Source of the DNA: an uncultured Methanosarcinales archaeon
GTDB lineage: Archaea > Nanobdellota > Nanobdellia > Woesearchaeales > GW2011-AR9
Assembly: GCA_964439765.1 (NCBI GenBank)
Contig: CAYTOG010000003.1
Span: 1-46,184, forward strand
Direction of reading: 5' to 3'
DNA: 46,184 nt
Of this stretch, positions 7,863 to 16,364 are shown piece by piece. The number at the start of each line of letters is the position of its first letter. Position 1 is the stretch's first letter. The translations under genes and the position numbers were made by a program. The notes beneath the pieces were generated by a model. It was given only the letters and a program-made list of their open reading frames with translations, ran no database searches and was not told the DNA's origin.

Positions 7863-10562
7863 GTGGAATACATGATCACAAATGTACAAAAAGCAGATGG
7901 AACAATAGTTGAGTTTGATAAAGATTACACAATTTCTTCTCTATCACATATTTTACAAGAAAAAGCTGAGATGTCAGAGTCAGAATCAGTTGAAATTGCA
8001 ACAAATATTATTCAATTAATTAATAATCGTAATATTGATACTCCATCAACATCTGATTTTGAACAGTTAGTAAATCTAGTTGTAACCACAACAAAATTAA
8101 CAAATAATACTAAAGAAAAATCTCAAGAAGAAGAAAAAGAAGATTCTAGTGAGCCAGAAGTACCAGAAGTTCCCGAAGTAAGTTCAATTCTTGAGGAAGA
8201 TTCGGATGAAGAAGTAAGTGAAGAACACAAAGAGAATACAGTTACAGAATCCGAAGATAATGCTGAAGAACTCCAAAAAGATCTTATGCACTTAAATGAG
8301 AAAGAAGTATTTGTGAGTGAACAAGGAAGAAGAATTCTTGCAGAGTCAACAGTATTCGACGAATTAGGAAGATCAATATTTCTAGATCGTTATTCTTTAA
8401 AGTGTAAACGTGAAGAGATTGAAGTTGGGGATTTAGTAGTTGCTATTAGCAAAGAAGATCCAAAATTTCCTAAAAAAGATTTAGGAGTTGTTACAAAAAT
8501 GGATGGTGATGATATCACGCTCCATATGGTAACTGGGATGTTTGCAGACGAAGAAAATAATTTTGAATTTAAAACATCCATTTGGAAATGTGATAAACCA
8601 ATTGAATCAATTCAAGATGCTCACAAAAGGATTGCAAAAGCTGCAGCAAGCATGGAACAAACAGATGAGCTCAAACAATCTTGGGAAGATAAATTTTATG
8701 ATGAGTTAAGTAAAAAGCATATTCAACCAGCAGGAAGAATAATGACTGCAGCGAATGTGGGTAGTGGCTACACCAAAAATTTAACTTTGTACAATTGTTA
8801 TGTCTTGCCTAGTCCACAAGATAGTAGGGAGGGAATTGTCAAAGAAACATTGTATCAAATGACTGAAGTTTTCTCAAGGGGAGGGGGAGTTGGAATTAAT
8901 CTTTCTACATTAAGACCACGTTATTCATATGTTCAAGGAGTTCATGGTAAATCTTCCGGAGCAGTTTCTTGGGGAGGAATATTCTCATATGGAACTGGTT
9001 TAATTGAGCAAGGAGGTTCAAGAAGGGGAGCTTTAATGCTTATGCTTCATGATTGGCATCCAGATATTTTAGAATTTATTACAGCAAAAAGAAAGAAAGG
9101 TGTGTTAGAAAATGCAAACATTTCTGTTTTGGTTTCTGACAGATTCATGGATGCTTTGTCAAAGGGCGAAGATTGGAATTTAGAGTTCCCTGACCATGGG
9201 GCTGAAGGCATGAAAGAAATTTATAATGCAGAATGGGATGGAAACATTGACGCTTGGAAGGCAAAAGGATATCCCGTTCGAGTTTATAAAACGGTAAAAG
9301 CTGCCGAGATGTGGGATTCACTTATTTCTTCTGCCCATGCAAGTGCTGAACCAGGAATTGTTTTCATGGAGAGGTATAACAAGTTAAGTAACTCTAATTA
9401 TTATAACTCTTTAATTTGTACGAACCCTTGTGGTGAACAAGGTCTTCCAGCGTGGGGTGTATGTAATTTAGGACATCTTTATCTAGCAGAATTTGCAAAC
9501 AAAGTAGGTAGTGATGAAGTTGGCCCAGTGTATGAAATTGATTGGGAGGCACTTAAAAAAGCTGCAACAACATTGGTGCGTTTCCTTGATAACATAATTG
9601 ATTTGACTCCTTATCACTTTAAAGAAAATGAAGTTAACCAAAAAAGTGAAAGAAGAGTTGGTGCAGGGACATTGGGTCTTGGAGAATTATTAATTAAGTT
9701 GAGAGTAAGATATGGGAGTCCAGAATCTTTAGAGGTAATTGATAAAATTTACAAAACAATTTGTGAGAGCATTTACCTTTGTTCAGTTGAACTTGCAAAA
9801 GAAAAAGGTATGTTCACATATTGTGATCCTGAAAAAATTTCAAATAGTGGATTTATCAAAACTCTTTCTGAAGAGCTTCAAGGTCAAATTAGAGAACATG
9901 GGCTAAGAAATGTGAGTTTAACAACTCAGGCTCCAACTGGAACAGTTGGAACTATGCTTTCAACTTCAACTGGAATCGAACCGTATTATGCGTTTGAATT
10001 TTTCCAACAATCAAGGCTTGGTTTTCATAAAGTAGTAATTCCACTTGCAAAAGAATACCAAAAAGAAGATGGTTCATTCCCAGATTGGATGGTAACTGCA
10101 ATGCAGATGAGTCCTCTTGACCATATTAGGGTGCAAGCAGGAGTACAACGTTGGACAGATTCTTCTATTTCTAAAACCGCAAATGCTCCAGAAAACTTCA
10201 GTGTTGAACAAACAAAACAACTTTATGAAGAAGCATACAGGCTTGGGTGTAAGGGAGTCACAATTTATCGTGATAATTGCAGATATGAGCAAGTGCTTAC
10301 AACTGATGCAAAGAAGGAAGAAGAAAATGCAAATAGTGGAGATTGGGAAGCAAGCAATGAAACTGAAGTAGAAAATGCTGAAACAACAGTTTCTGAGGAA
10401 ACATCCAAAACAAATACAACTACTTCAGAACAAGTGGCTACTATGGCTATGCAAGCAGAAGAAATTGCTGGAGAAACTCCAAAAACAGAAGAAGATGATT
10501 CTCAAAAGTGCGAACTTCGTTTTGATGAGAATGGTCAGATGTATAAGAGCTGTAGCGATTAA
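7863..10562 (+). CDS. nrdJ: Adenosylcobalamin-dependent (class II) ribonucleotide reductase with a degenerate N-terminal ATP cone
   Basis: NCYV, GGGVG, RRGALM, TNPCGEQ, CNLG, APTGT and KGVTIYRD motifs, with a C-terminal Cys pair. No NrdB radical subunit is nearby. Confidence 0.9.
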   Translation: MEYMITNVQKADGTIVEFDKDYTISSLSHILQEKAEMSESESVEIATNIIQLINNRNIDTPSTSDFEQLVNLVVTTTKLTNNTKEKSQEEEKEDSSEPEVPEVPEVSSILEEDSDEEVSEEHKENTVTESEDNAEELQKDLMHLNEKEVFVSEQGRRILAESTVFDELGRSIFLDRYSLKCKREEIEVGDLVVAISKEDPKFPKKDLGVVTKMDGDDITLHMVTGMFADEENNFEFKTSIWKCDKPIESIQDAHKRIAKAAASMEQTDELKQSWEDKFYDELSKKHIQPAGRIMTAANVGSGYTKNLTLYNCYVLPSPQDSREGIVKETLYQMTEVFSRGGGVGINLSTLRPRYSYVQGVHGKSSGAVSWGGIFSYGTGLIEQGGSRRGALMLMLHDWHPDILEFITAKRKKGVLENANISVLVSDRFMDALSKGEDWNLEFPDHGAEGMKEIYNAEWDGNIDAWKAKGYPVRVYKTVKAAEMWDSLISSAHASAEPGIVFMERYNKLSNSNYYNSLICTNPCGEQGLPAWGVCNLGHLYLAEFANKVGSDEVGPVYEIDWEALKKAATTLVRFLDNIIDLTPYHFKENEVNQKSERRVGAGTLGLGELLIKLRVRYGSPESLEVIDKIYKTICESIYLCSVELAKEKGMFTYCDPEKISNSGFIKTLSEELQGQIREHGLRNVSLTTQAPTGTVGTMLSTSTGIEPYYAFEFFQQSRLGFHKVVIPLAKEYQKEDGSFPDWMVTAMQMSPLDHIRVQAGVQRWTDSSISKTANAPENFSVEQTKQLYEEAYRLGCKGVTIYRDNCRYEQVLTTDAKKEEENANSGDWEASNETEVENAETTVSEETSKTNTTTSEQVATMAMQAEEIAGETPKTEEDDSQKCELRFDENGQMYKSCSD

Positions 10563-10667
10563 AATTATTCTGTAAAAAATTTTTTCTTTTTCTTTTAAGT
10601 ATATTTTTCTAAAATTTTTAAAATAATGAACAGTAGCTTTATATTTAAGAACAAATCTGAGAAGAGT

Positions 10668-11006
10668 ATGAAAGTAAATTGTTCTGAGCAAACGAGCAAA
10701 TCCTATCGCATTTCTTTGAATAGTGAGGAAGGAGAAGAGATTGGCCATGTGTATCTTTATTTAATAAAAAATGATTTACACAAAGAACCATATGGATTTC
10801 TTGAAGATGTGTTCATAGAAGAGAAATATCGTAGTCAAGGTTATGGGAAGAAAATTATGCAAGAAGTAATTCAGAAAGCCAAAGATACTGGTTGCTATAA
10901 GTTACTTGGAACGAGTAGAAGTAGTAGGGAGAAAGTACATGATTTTTACATTAATCTTGGATTTGTCCAGTGGGGCAAAGAATTTCGTATGAATTTCAAA
11001 GAATAA
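10668..11006 (+). CDS. GNAT family N-acetyltransferase
   Basis: LEDVFIEEKYRSQGYGKKIM acetyl-CoA motif and FYINLGF. ATG 10668 is preferred over 10626. Confidence 0.9.
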   Translation: MKVNCSEQTSKSYRISLNSEEGEEIGHVYLYLIKNDLHKEPYGFLEDVFIEEKYRSQGYGKKIMQEVIQKAKDTGCYKLLGTSRSSREKVHDFYINLGFVQWGKEFRMNFKE

Positions 11007-11065
11007 TCTCCAAAAGTAGCACCAAAATACTTATAAACAGATTCTTAGTATCATTTTCTTTATAC

Positions 11066-11139
11066 GGGATCGTAGCTCAATCTGGGAGAGCACTAGACTG
11101 AAGATCTAGGTGTTGAGGGTTCAAATCCCTCCGATCCCA
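11066..11139 (+). tRNA. tRNA-Phe (anticodon GAA), no intron, CCA not encoded
   Basis: Acceptor GGGATCG/CGATCCC, D arm GCTC/GAGC, anticodon arm CTAGA-CT GAA GA-TCTAG, T arm GAGGG-TTCAAAT-CCCTC. Confidence 0.96.
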
Positions 11140-11244
11140 CTTTTTTCTTATTTGGGTAAGTGAACATTAGTGAGCGCATCCCAACATTGCGTATCAAATG
11201 CGCGTAACCATTTGGTGATAGATCCCTCCGATCCCACTTTTTTC
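11125..11244 (+). repeat. Hairpin cassette copy C flanked by a perfect 23-bp direct repeat of the tRNA-Phe 3' end (11125-11147 = 11222-11244)
   Basis: ATCCCTCCGATCCCACTTTTTTC occurs twice. The insert has the stem TTGGG..GTGAACATTAGTGAGC..CCCAA and a 32-bp core at 11184-11215 identical to 6776-6807. Confidence 0.92.
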
Positions 11245-11344
11245 ATCTAGATGTTATTAGATTATTTATCCAAACAATTTAAGAACCTTAAAATATTTCT
11301 TTAAAGTATAAATTAATACTAATAAACTAAAAAAGGTGATATGA

Positions 11345-11932
11345 ATGTTTCGTGGATTATTGAATTCCCCAATTGGGGGGTTAATTGTGTTGGTATTACT
11401 TGTTGGGCTCGCTTTCTACATTTATGGTGCGCTTGCATTAATGTCAATTGCAAAAAGAACAAGAACAAAAAATGCATGGCTTGCTTGGATTCCAATAGTA
11501 AATATTTATTTGATGATGAGAATTGGAAGACTTCCAGCATGGACACTCGCACTATGGCTATTAGTTTTTGTGCCAGTTGTAAGTGGCCTAGCTTCTGTTG
11601 GGATGTCAATTTGGTACTGGTGGGCAATAGCTGAACAGAGAAAACGACCAGGTTGGTGGGGAATCTTAATGATTGTACCAATTCTTAACTTAGTTTTGAT
11701 GGGAATCATGGCATGGGGAAAAGACCCAAGAGGAACTGCGATGCCATTAGCTCCAAGAAGAATTATGCCTGCAAGAAGAAAAAAGGTAGCAAAAAGAAAA
11801 GCTCCTAAAAGAAAAGTTGCAAAAAGAAAAGCACCTAAACGTAAAGTAACTAAGCGTAAAGCACCAAAGAGAAAGAAAGCAGCAAAACGCAAGGTAACAA
11901 AACGAAAAGCAACAAGAAGGCGAAAAAGATAA
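11345..11932 (+). CDS. Membrane protein (DUF5684-like duplicated W-xx-IP-x-N module) with a Lys/Arg repeat tail
   Basis: AWLAWIPIVNIY and GWWGILMIVPILNLV repeats, TM helices, C-terminal KRKAP/KRKVA repeats, SD AGGTGA. Confidence 0.75.
   Translation: MFRGLLNSPIGGLIVLVLLVGLAFYIYGALALMSIAKRTRTKNAWLAWIPIVNIYLMMRIGRLPAWTLALWLLVFVPVVSGLASVGMSIWYWWAIAEQRKRPGWWGILMIVPILNLVLMGIMAWGKDPRGTAMPLAPRRIMPARRKKVAKRKAPKRKVAKRKAPKRKVTKRKAPKRKKAAKRKVTKRKATRRRKR
11780..11929 (+). repeat. Coding tandem repeat with ~15-nt period (KRKAP/KRKVA/KRKVT pentapeptides)
   Basis: Visible in both the DNA and the translation. Confidence 0.8.
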
Positions 11933-12097
11933 GCTTTCAATATTTTTATTTTTTTTAAATTATTTTTTCTTTTTTTAAAATAAAATTTTCAAACAATTAT
12001 TTCTAATACAAGTTATCTTAATCTAAACAACACCTATTATTTTGAAAACATAAATTACTTGTTTCAAAGAAGAATGAGAAAAAAGTTTTTGGTGTGT

Positions 12098-14320
12098 TTA
12101 CCCTAACGTATTCTGCAACACAACACCAGCAAACAAATTAAAGAGTACAATAACAACCCCTGCAATAAAACAATACAAACCAACACTCTTAATCAAAGCT
12201 TTTCCAAGCATATACCTTTCACCTTGTTTATCAACACCATTCTCAATACCATTAGCAAGAACTGTCAAAATATACGCTAACTGTACAATATAAATTCCAA
12301 CGATGACTTGAAAGTGAAATGTGGGAATACCAATACCAAAAATAGTTACAAGACCACCAAAACCAGTAGTTTCACCAGAACCAGCAAAAGTAGAAAGTTG
12401 TGCACTTAATTTCGTCAAAACAGTAGAAATCATTGATGTGATCCCAACAACAATCCCTGCAATGGCTGGTGTGAGAAAAGCAACCTGTGCTTTCATACTT
12501 CCAATTACTTCTGCCATTAAATCTTTTAAACGCTCTTCAACGCGGTGTATCTCTTTGATATATCTGCTCATAGAAAGAAGTGCTTGTGCTGCAATAAGTG
12601 GTCCTCGTTTAATACTTTCAACAAGAACTTTCATTGAAGATTCAATAACTTTTGATGGAAAACTAACAACGGCTCCAACTTTTGGATCAAAAAGTGATTC
12701 TTCAAGCCCCATTCCAAGTTTGGTAATGTTTTTCTCAGCTAAATTGAAGAAATCTCCAGATGTTGATCCTCGCATTGTTTCAGCAACTCTTGCAAATGCA
12801 ATCTCTGCAGGAAGACCATCACCTAGCCTATTACCAAGTTGAAACATAGCAGAAGAAAATTCTTGTTCTAATTTCTTCGTTCGATTTCGAATAGCAATAA
12901 CATTTTTGCTGCGAAGTGTGTAAAACATTCCAATAGAAAGCCCAAGAGCGAGTATCACAACAAGAGAGAGAAGGGAAGCCCCAAGACCATATGGTCCGAA
13001 TTTTTCATTATCTTCGCAACTGGCATAATCTGGTGGGCAAACATACCCCATAAATTGTATGGATTCTTCTTCATTTTGAATTTCAAAACTAGGATCAACA
13101 GCATGCAATAATAATGGGCTCATACCAATGATAAAGAGAAACGCAAAAAGAGTAATTGAGAAATATAGTGGATTCACTGCGAATTGTAATTTTTTTCCAA
13201 GAGGAATAATCACATTTTGATATTTTTTCAAACCAGGGTGACTTTTAACAATATCTGCTTGTCCATATCCACTTGGCCTTTTAGATAAAATAGTTTTACC
13301 TAAATAAAACACACCAATTGGAAGAGTAATATTATACAAGAGGCTAATATATATTGCCATAGTAAAAGTGGAGGTGTCGCTACTGCTCATGAAACTAACA
13401 ACAAGTGGCAAAATAACAAGGCCTAAGATTGGTAAGATGATTCCAAGCATGTTGAGCATTGTCATTGGAGCTTTCAAATTATGCGCATACCGCAGCATTC
13501 CCTCATATGTCCCATCAAGAATAACATCAAGTGATTTATCAAGAAGTGAAACTCGCCTGTCATCACTAGGTTCAAGAAGAGATGATTCAACTAAGTGAAA
13601 TGATTCAACAAAATCACTGTTCCATTCTTTCCAAGTTTCAAGATAAGAATCAGCAGAATCACGAATACTAGAATATGTTCCATTTTCTAAATCCCAAAGC
13701 ATTTTACGAAAATCAAGTGAGAGGGGTGCATCAAGGTGTTCGGCAGCAAAAGCAATAGCTCTCTCCAAGTTAGAAGTGTGGCGCATGTATGTTACAAGGT
13801 AAAAAATACTTTGTACCATTTGATTACTTGCTTGAATTCGCCATTGGTCAGAAAACATTTGTGGTATTTTTTGCAAAGCAAAGATCATAGCCATCCCTGC
13901 AAAAATACAAAAAAAGACGAGAAACATCATTTGAAACACTGCAAATGCAATTAATGAACCAAAAAAGATAAACAGGAGGGGTGCTAAATATGAAAGTGCT
14001 ATAACTCCACTTGGAGTAACATTCAAATGACAAGTTGCGATTTGTTTAGTCAGAATTGCAGATTGTTTTGCATCTACTTTTAACTTAAAGACCCCTTCAG
14101 CCATATTACAAGCTTTTTCGTAGAAGGAAAAATGAGCAGGATAGAGTTCTGCTTTAAACTCATGGTATTCTCTTGATGAAACCCGAGTTGCACCAGCGCC
14201 ATCAGAAGAAACTCCAGTTTCACCAAATTCTGATTTAATTCTCTCTTTGTATTTCACAAGTAGATCAGAATAATCATCATCAGAACCAGTTCCACCACTT
14301 GCTTTATTTGTATCCACCAC
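12098..14320 (-). CDS. Type IV pilus/T2SS platform membrane protein (TadB/TadC, ArlJ/PilC-like, two T2SSF-type halves)
   Basis: Two repeated units of cytoplasmic helical domain plus TM bundle (YMRHTSNLERAI...; QLGNRLGDGLPAEIAF...). Lies near a secretion ATPase. Confidence 0.8.
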   Translation of the reverse strand: MVDTNKASGGTGSDDDYSDLLVKYKERIKSEFGETGVSSDGAGATRVSSREYHEFKAELYPAHFSFYEKACNMAEGVFKLKVDAKQSAILTKQIATCHLNVTPSGVIALSYLAPLLFIFFGSLIAFAVFQMMFLVFFCIFAGMAMIFALQKIPQMFSDQWRIQASNQMVQSIFYLVTYMRHTSNLERAIAFAAEHLDAPLSLDFRKMLWDLENGTYSSIRDSADSYLETWKEWNSDFVESFHLVESSLLEPSDDRRVSLLDKSLDVILDGTYEGMLRYAHNLKAPMTMLNMLGIILPILGLVILPLVVSFMSSSDTSTFTMAIYISLLYNITLPIGVFYLGKTILSKRPSGYGQADIVKSHPGLKKYQNVIIPLGKKLQFAVNPLYFSITLFAFLFIIGMSPLLLHAVDPSFEIQNEEESIQFMGYVCPPDYASCEDNEKFGPYGLGASLLSLVVILALGLSIGMFYTLRSKNVIAIRNRTKKLEQEFSSAMFQLGNRLGDGLPAEIAFARVAETMRGSTSGDFFNLAEKNITKLGMGLEESLFDPKVGAVVSFPSKVIESSMKVLVESIKRGPLIAAQALLSMSRYIKEIHRVEERLKDLMAEVIGSMKAQVAFLTPAIAGIVVGITSMISTVLTKLSAQLSTFAGSGETTGFGGLVTIFGIGIPTFHFQVIVGIYIVQLAYILTVLANGIENGVDKQGERYMLGKALIKSVGLYCFIAGVVIVLFNLFAGVVLQNTLG

Positions 14321-14344
14321 TAATAAGAATAAAAGACTAGAGAT

Positions 14345-14962
14345 TTAAAAAGGGTTTGGTTGAACATAAGCTCGAGTGGAAGGATAGATTGGCAAGTGAA
14401 ATTCTGTTGCAGCATAAACAACAGCTTCTGAACTTCCAACAAGTGCTACTGGAGACATGGCAACTGGTGTTTCAAAGCAACATTCATTATACAAAAATGG
14501 TTTATCAATAATTTTTAATCCAGCAGAAATTCGAAGAGAATTAAGTGAGGATAACGCATTAATTGGTTCTGGAAAAAGTTCAAGCATTTCTTCAACAGAA
14601 TCAAATATCAAAGAGTCAGATCCTGGAATAAATAAACTATCATAATCAGAAGAACTAAAGGTTTTTCCATTTGTTAATGCCATCAAGTCAACTGGAGTGC
14701 AATAAGTTGGATCTTGTGAAGTTTCAAATAAAATTCCTTCTGGCCGATAACTTCCATGATAACTTCCTGTGAGAAAAGAAGTAGATATCCTTTTTGGAAG
14801 CAAAGAATGGCGCGTGTTTAGATGAATTGTTCTAAGATGTAATATTCTTTCAAGTGTTTGACAAATAAATCGTGTCTTGGAATCAGAGTCATATGTCTCT
14901 GTAGCTAATCTGCCATTAGTAGTTGCTAAACTTTTGAAGTAAATCCTATTTGTTCCCATCAC
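14345..14962 (-). CDS. Hypothetical protein (weak ADP-ribosyltransferase-like motif order)
   Basis: 205-aa ORF; YFK...ISTS...YNE pattern seen by eye only. Confidence 0.6.
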   Translation of the reverse strand: MMGTNRIYFKSLATTNGRLATETYDSDSKTRFICQTLERILHLRTIHLNTRHSLLPKRISTSFLTGSYHGSYRPEGILFETSQDPTYCTPVDLMALTNGKTFSSSDYDSLFIPGSDSLIFDSVEEMLELFPEPINALSSLNSLRISAGLKIIDKPFLYNECCFETPVAMSPVALVGSSEAVVYAATEFHLPIYPSTRAYVQPNPF

Positions 14963-15029
14963 GAAGCTTCCTGTAGTAAATCACCCAAGAAACCACCTAT
15001 TTTCACAAAGAATAACAAGAACTCTTAAA

Positions 15030-15055
15030 TACTTCCTCCCACCTCGTGGGAAGTA
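15030..15055. promoter_or_regulatory. Inverted repeat TACTTCC-N12-GGAAGTA, putative TrmB-family operator
   Basis: Perfect 7-bp arms between the TATA-like CTTAAATA (15024-15031) and ATG 15058. Confidence 0.5.
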
Positions 15056-15057
15056 AC

Positions 15058-15801
15058 ATGCAAGAATCACTACTTTGGGACGCTGGATTAACAAAGAATG
15101 AGGTGAAAGCATACCTTTCACTGCTCAATATTGGTAAAGCCAGTTCTGGTCAGATAATCAAAGACTCAAAAATTTCTAGTGGTAAGATTTATGAGACATT
15201 ATCAAAACTTGTTGATAAAGGCCTTGTAGAAGTAATTATCGAAGATAATGTCAAGAAGTTTTCAGCAACTAATCCACAGAGTCTTTTGTTGTATATGCAA
15301 GAGCGTGAACAAAAAGTAACAGAACAAACAAAACGTATAGAGAGAATCATACCTAAACTCCAAAGTTTACAGAAGACAAAAACAAAATCAGAATCTGTAT
15401 TTTTAATAAAAGGTTTCAAAGGTATTAAACCAATAATTTATAGTGCTTTGAATCAAACAGTCTCTGAAATAAAGATAATGGGTATAAGAAGTAGTAAAGA
15501 TACAAAATTCAATATTTTCTGGCAACATTGGCATAACGAAAGGGTAAAACAAAAAAAGAAAGCAAAGTTAATTTTTACTGATAGGAATACGAAATATTGG
15601 AAATTTTTTAAAAAATTAAAACAGACAAAAGTGAGAAGTGTAACTGAAGTGAGCCCAAGTGCTATAATGGTTGTTGATAATAATAGTTTTATTTTCACAT
15701 ATGAGAACAAAGAGTTTGTTTGTGTTCATAGTACATCAAAAGCAATTGCCAAGTCATTCGAATCGTTCTTTGATGGTTTGTGGAAGATAGGAAAAGCATA
15801 A
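15058..15801 (+). CDS. TrmB family transcriptional regulator (wHTH + effector-binding domain)
   Basis: GLTKNEVKAYLSLL...SSGKIYETLSKLVDKGLV...FSATNP N-terminal HTH, followed by an IKGFKGIK linker. Confidence 0.88.
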   Translation: MQESLLWDAGLTKNEVKAYLSLLNIGKASSGQIIKDSKISSGKIYETLSKLVDKGLVEVIIEDNVKKFSATNPQSLLLYMQEREQKVTEQTKRIERIIPKLQSLQKTKTKSESVFLIKGFKGIKPIIYSALNQTVSEIKIMGIRSSKDTKFNIFWQHWHNERVKQKKKAKLIFTDRNTKYWKFFKKLKQTKVRSVTEVSPSAIMVVDNNSFIFTYENKEFVCVHSTSKAIAKSFESFFDGLWKIGKA

Positions 15802-15899
15802 TGGGGAAAGAAGAGGAAAAAGAGACAGAATTTTCACATAATTCTGTATAGATAACACCAAAATATTTATCAACTATGTTTCTCTTTCTTAAAATGAGG

Positions 15900-16334
15900 A
15901 TGGGGTGGAAGAAGTTTTCTATTATCGCATTTATAGCAGCAGTGCTAACCCCAATATTTGCTTTTGCCTCGGTTTCATCAACAATTTCAAACATTTTCAA
16001 CACAATATTAGATATTGGGTCATTATCATTTTTAGGTTTTCCTGGAGGAGATAATATAACTTCTTTACTTAGAATTCTCACATTTATTTTGGTGTTCACA
16101 ATATATTTTTCTGGCCTAACAATTGCAAACGGTTTTCTCAAAATATTTTCAAAAAATACTGCACTTGTAGTTTCAGGAATACTTGCTATCATCTCAACAA
16201 TTTTTATTCCAACGACAGTTCTTATTGCAAGTGGAACAGCTCTTGGTTCCCTAATCTCATTGTTGCTTCTTGCAGCACCACTTCTTGCAATTCTCACAAT
16301 TATTTTTATGCTACCTGATCGGCCTTGTTTTTAG
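15900..16334 (+). CDS. N-terminal signal peptide and membrane domain of the downstream protease (ends at an in-frame TAG)
   Basis: Signal-like MGWKKFSIIAFIAAVLTPIFAFA and TM helices. Same frame as 16365-18629, separated only by TAG at 16332-16334. Confidence 0.7.
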   Translation: MGWKKFSIIAFIAAVLTPIFAFASVSSTISNIFNTILDIGSLSFLGFPGGDNITSLLRILTFILVFTIYFSGLTIANGFLKIFSKNTALVVSGILAIISTIFIPTTVLIASGTALGSLISLLLLAAPLLAILTIIFMLPDRPCF

Positions 16335-16364
16335 TGGATAGTCAAACTTCTTATTGCAATAATC

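Noticed and set aside
8853-8861. TATCAAATG inside nrdJ as another cassette copy
   Set aside because: There is no partner CATTTGG, hairpin 1 or duplication; it is a chance match in coding sequence.
7863-10562. Intein or intron in the RNR gene
   Set aside because: The conserved catalytic motifs are contiguous, with no C...HN junction or LAGLIDADG block; the extra length is low-complexity acidic linker.
6776-11215. Identical 32-bp partly palindromic repeats as a CRISPR array
   Set aside because: The copies are 4.4 kb apart, with no regular spacers and no cas genes.
16332-16334. Genome-wide TAG reassignment or pyrrolysine
   Set aside because: TAG ends other intact genes in the window and no pyl genes are visible.
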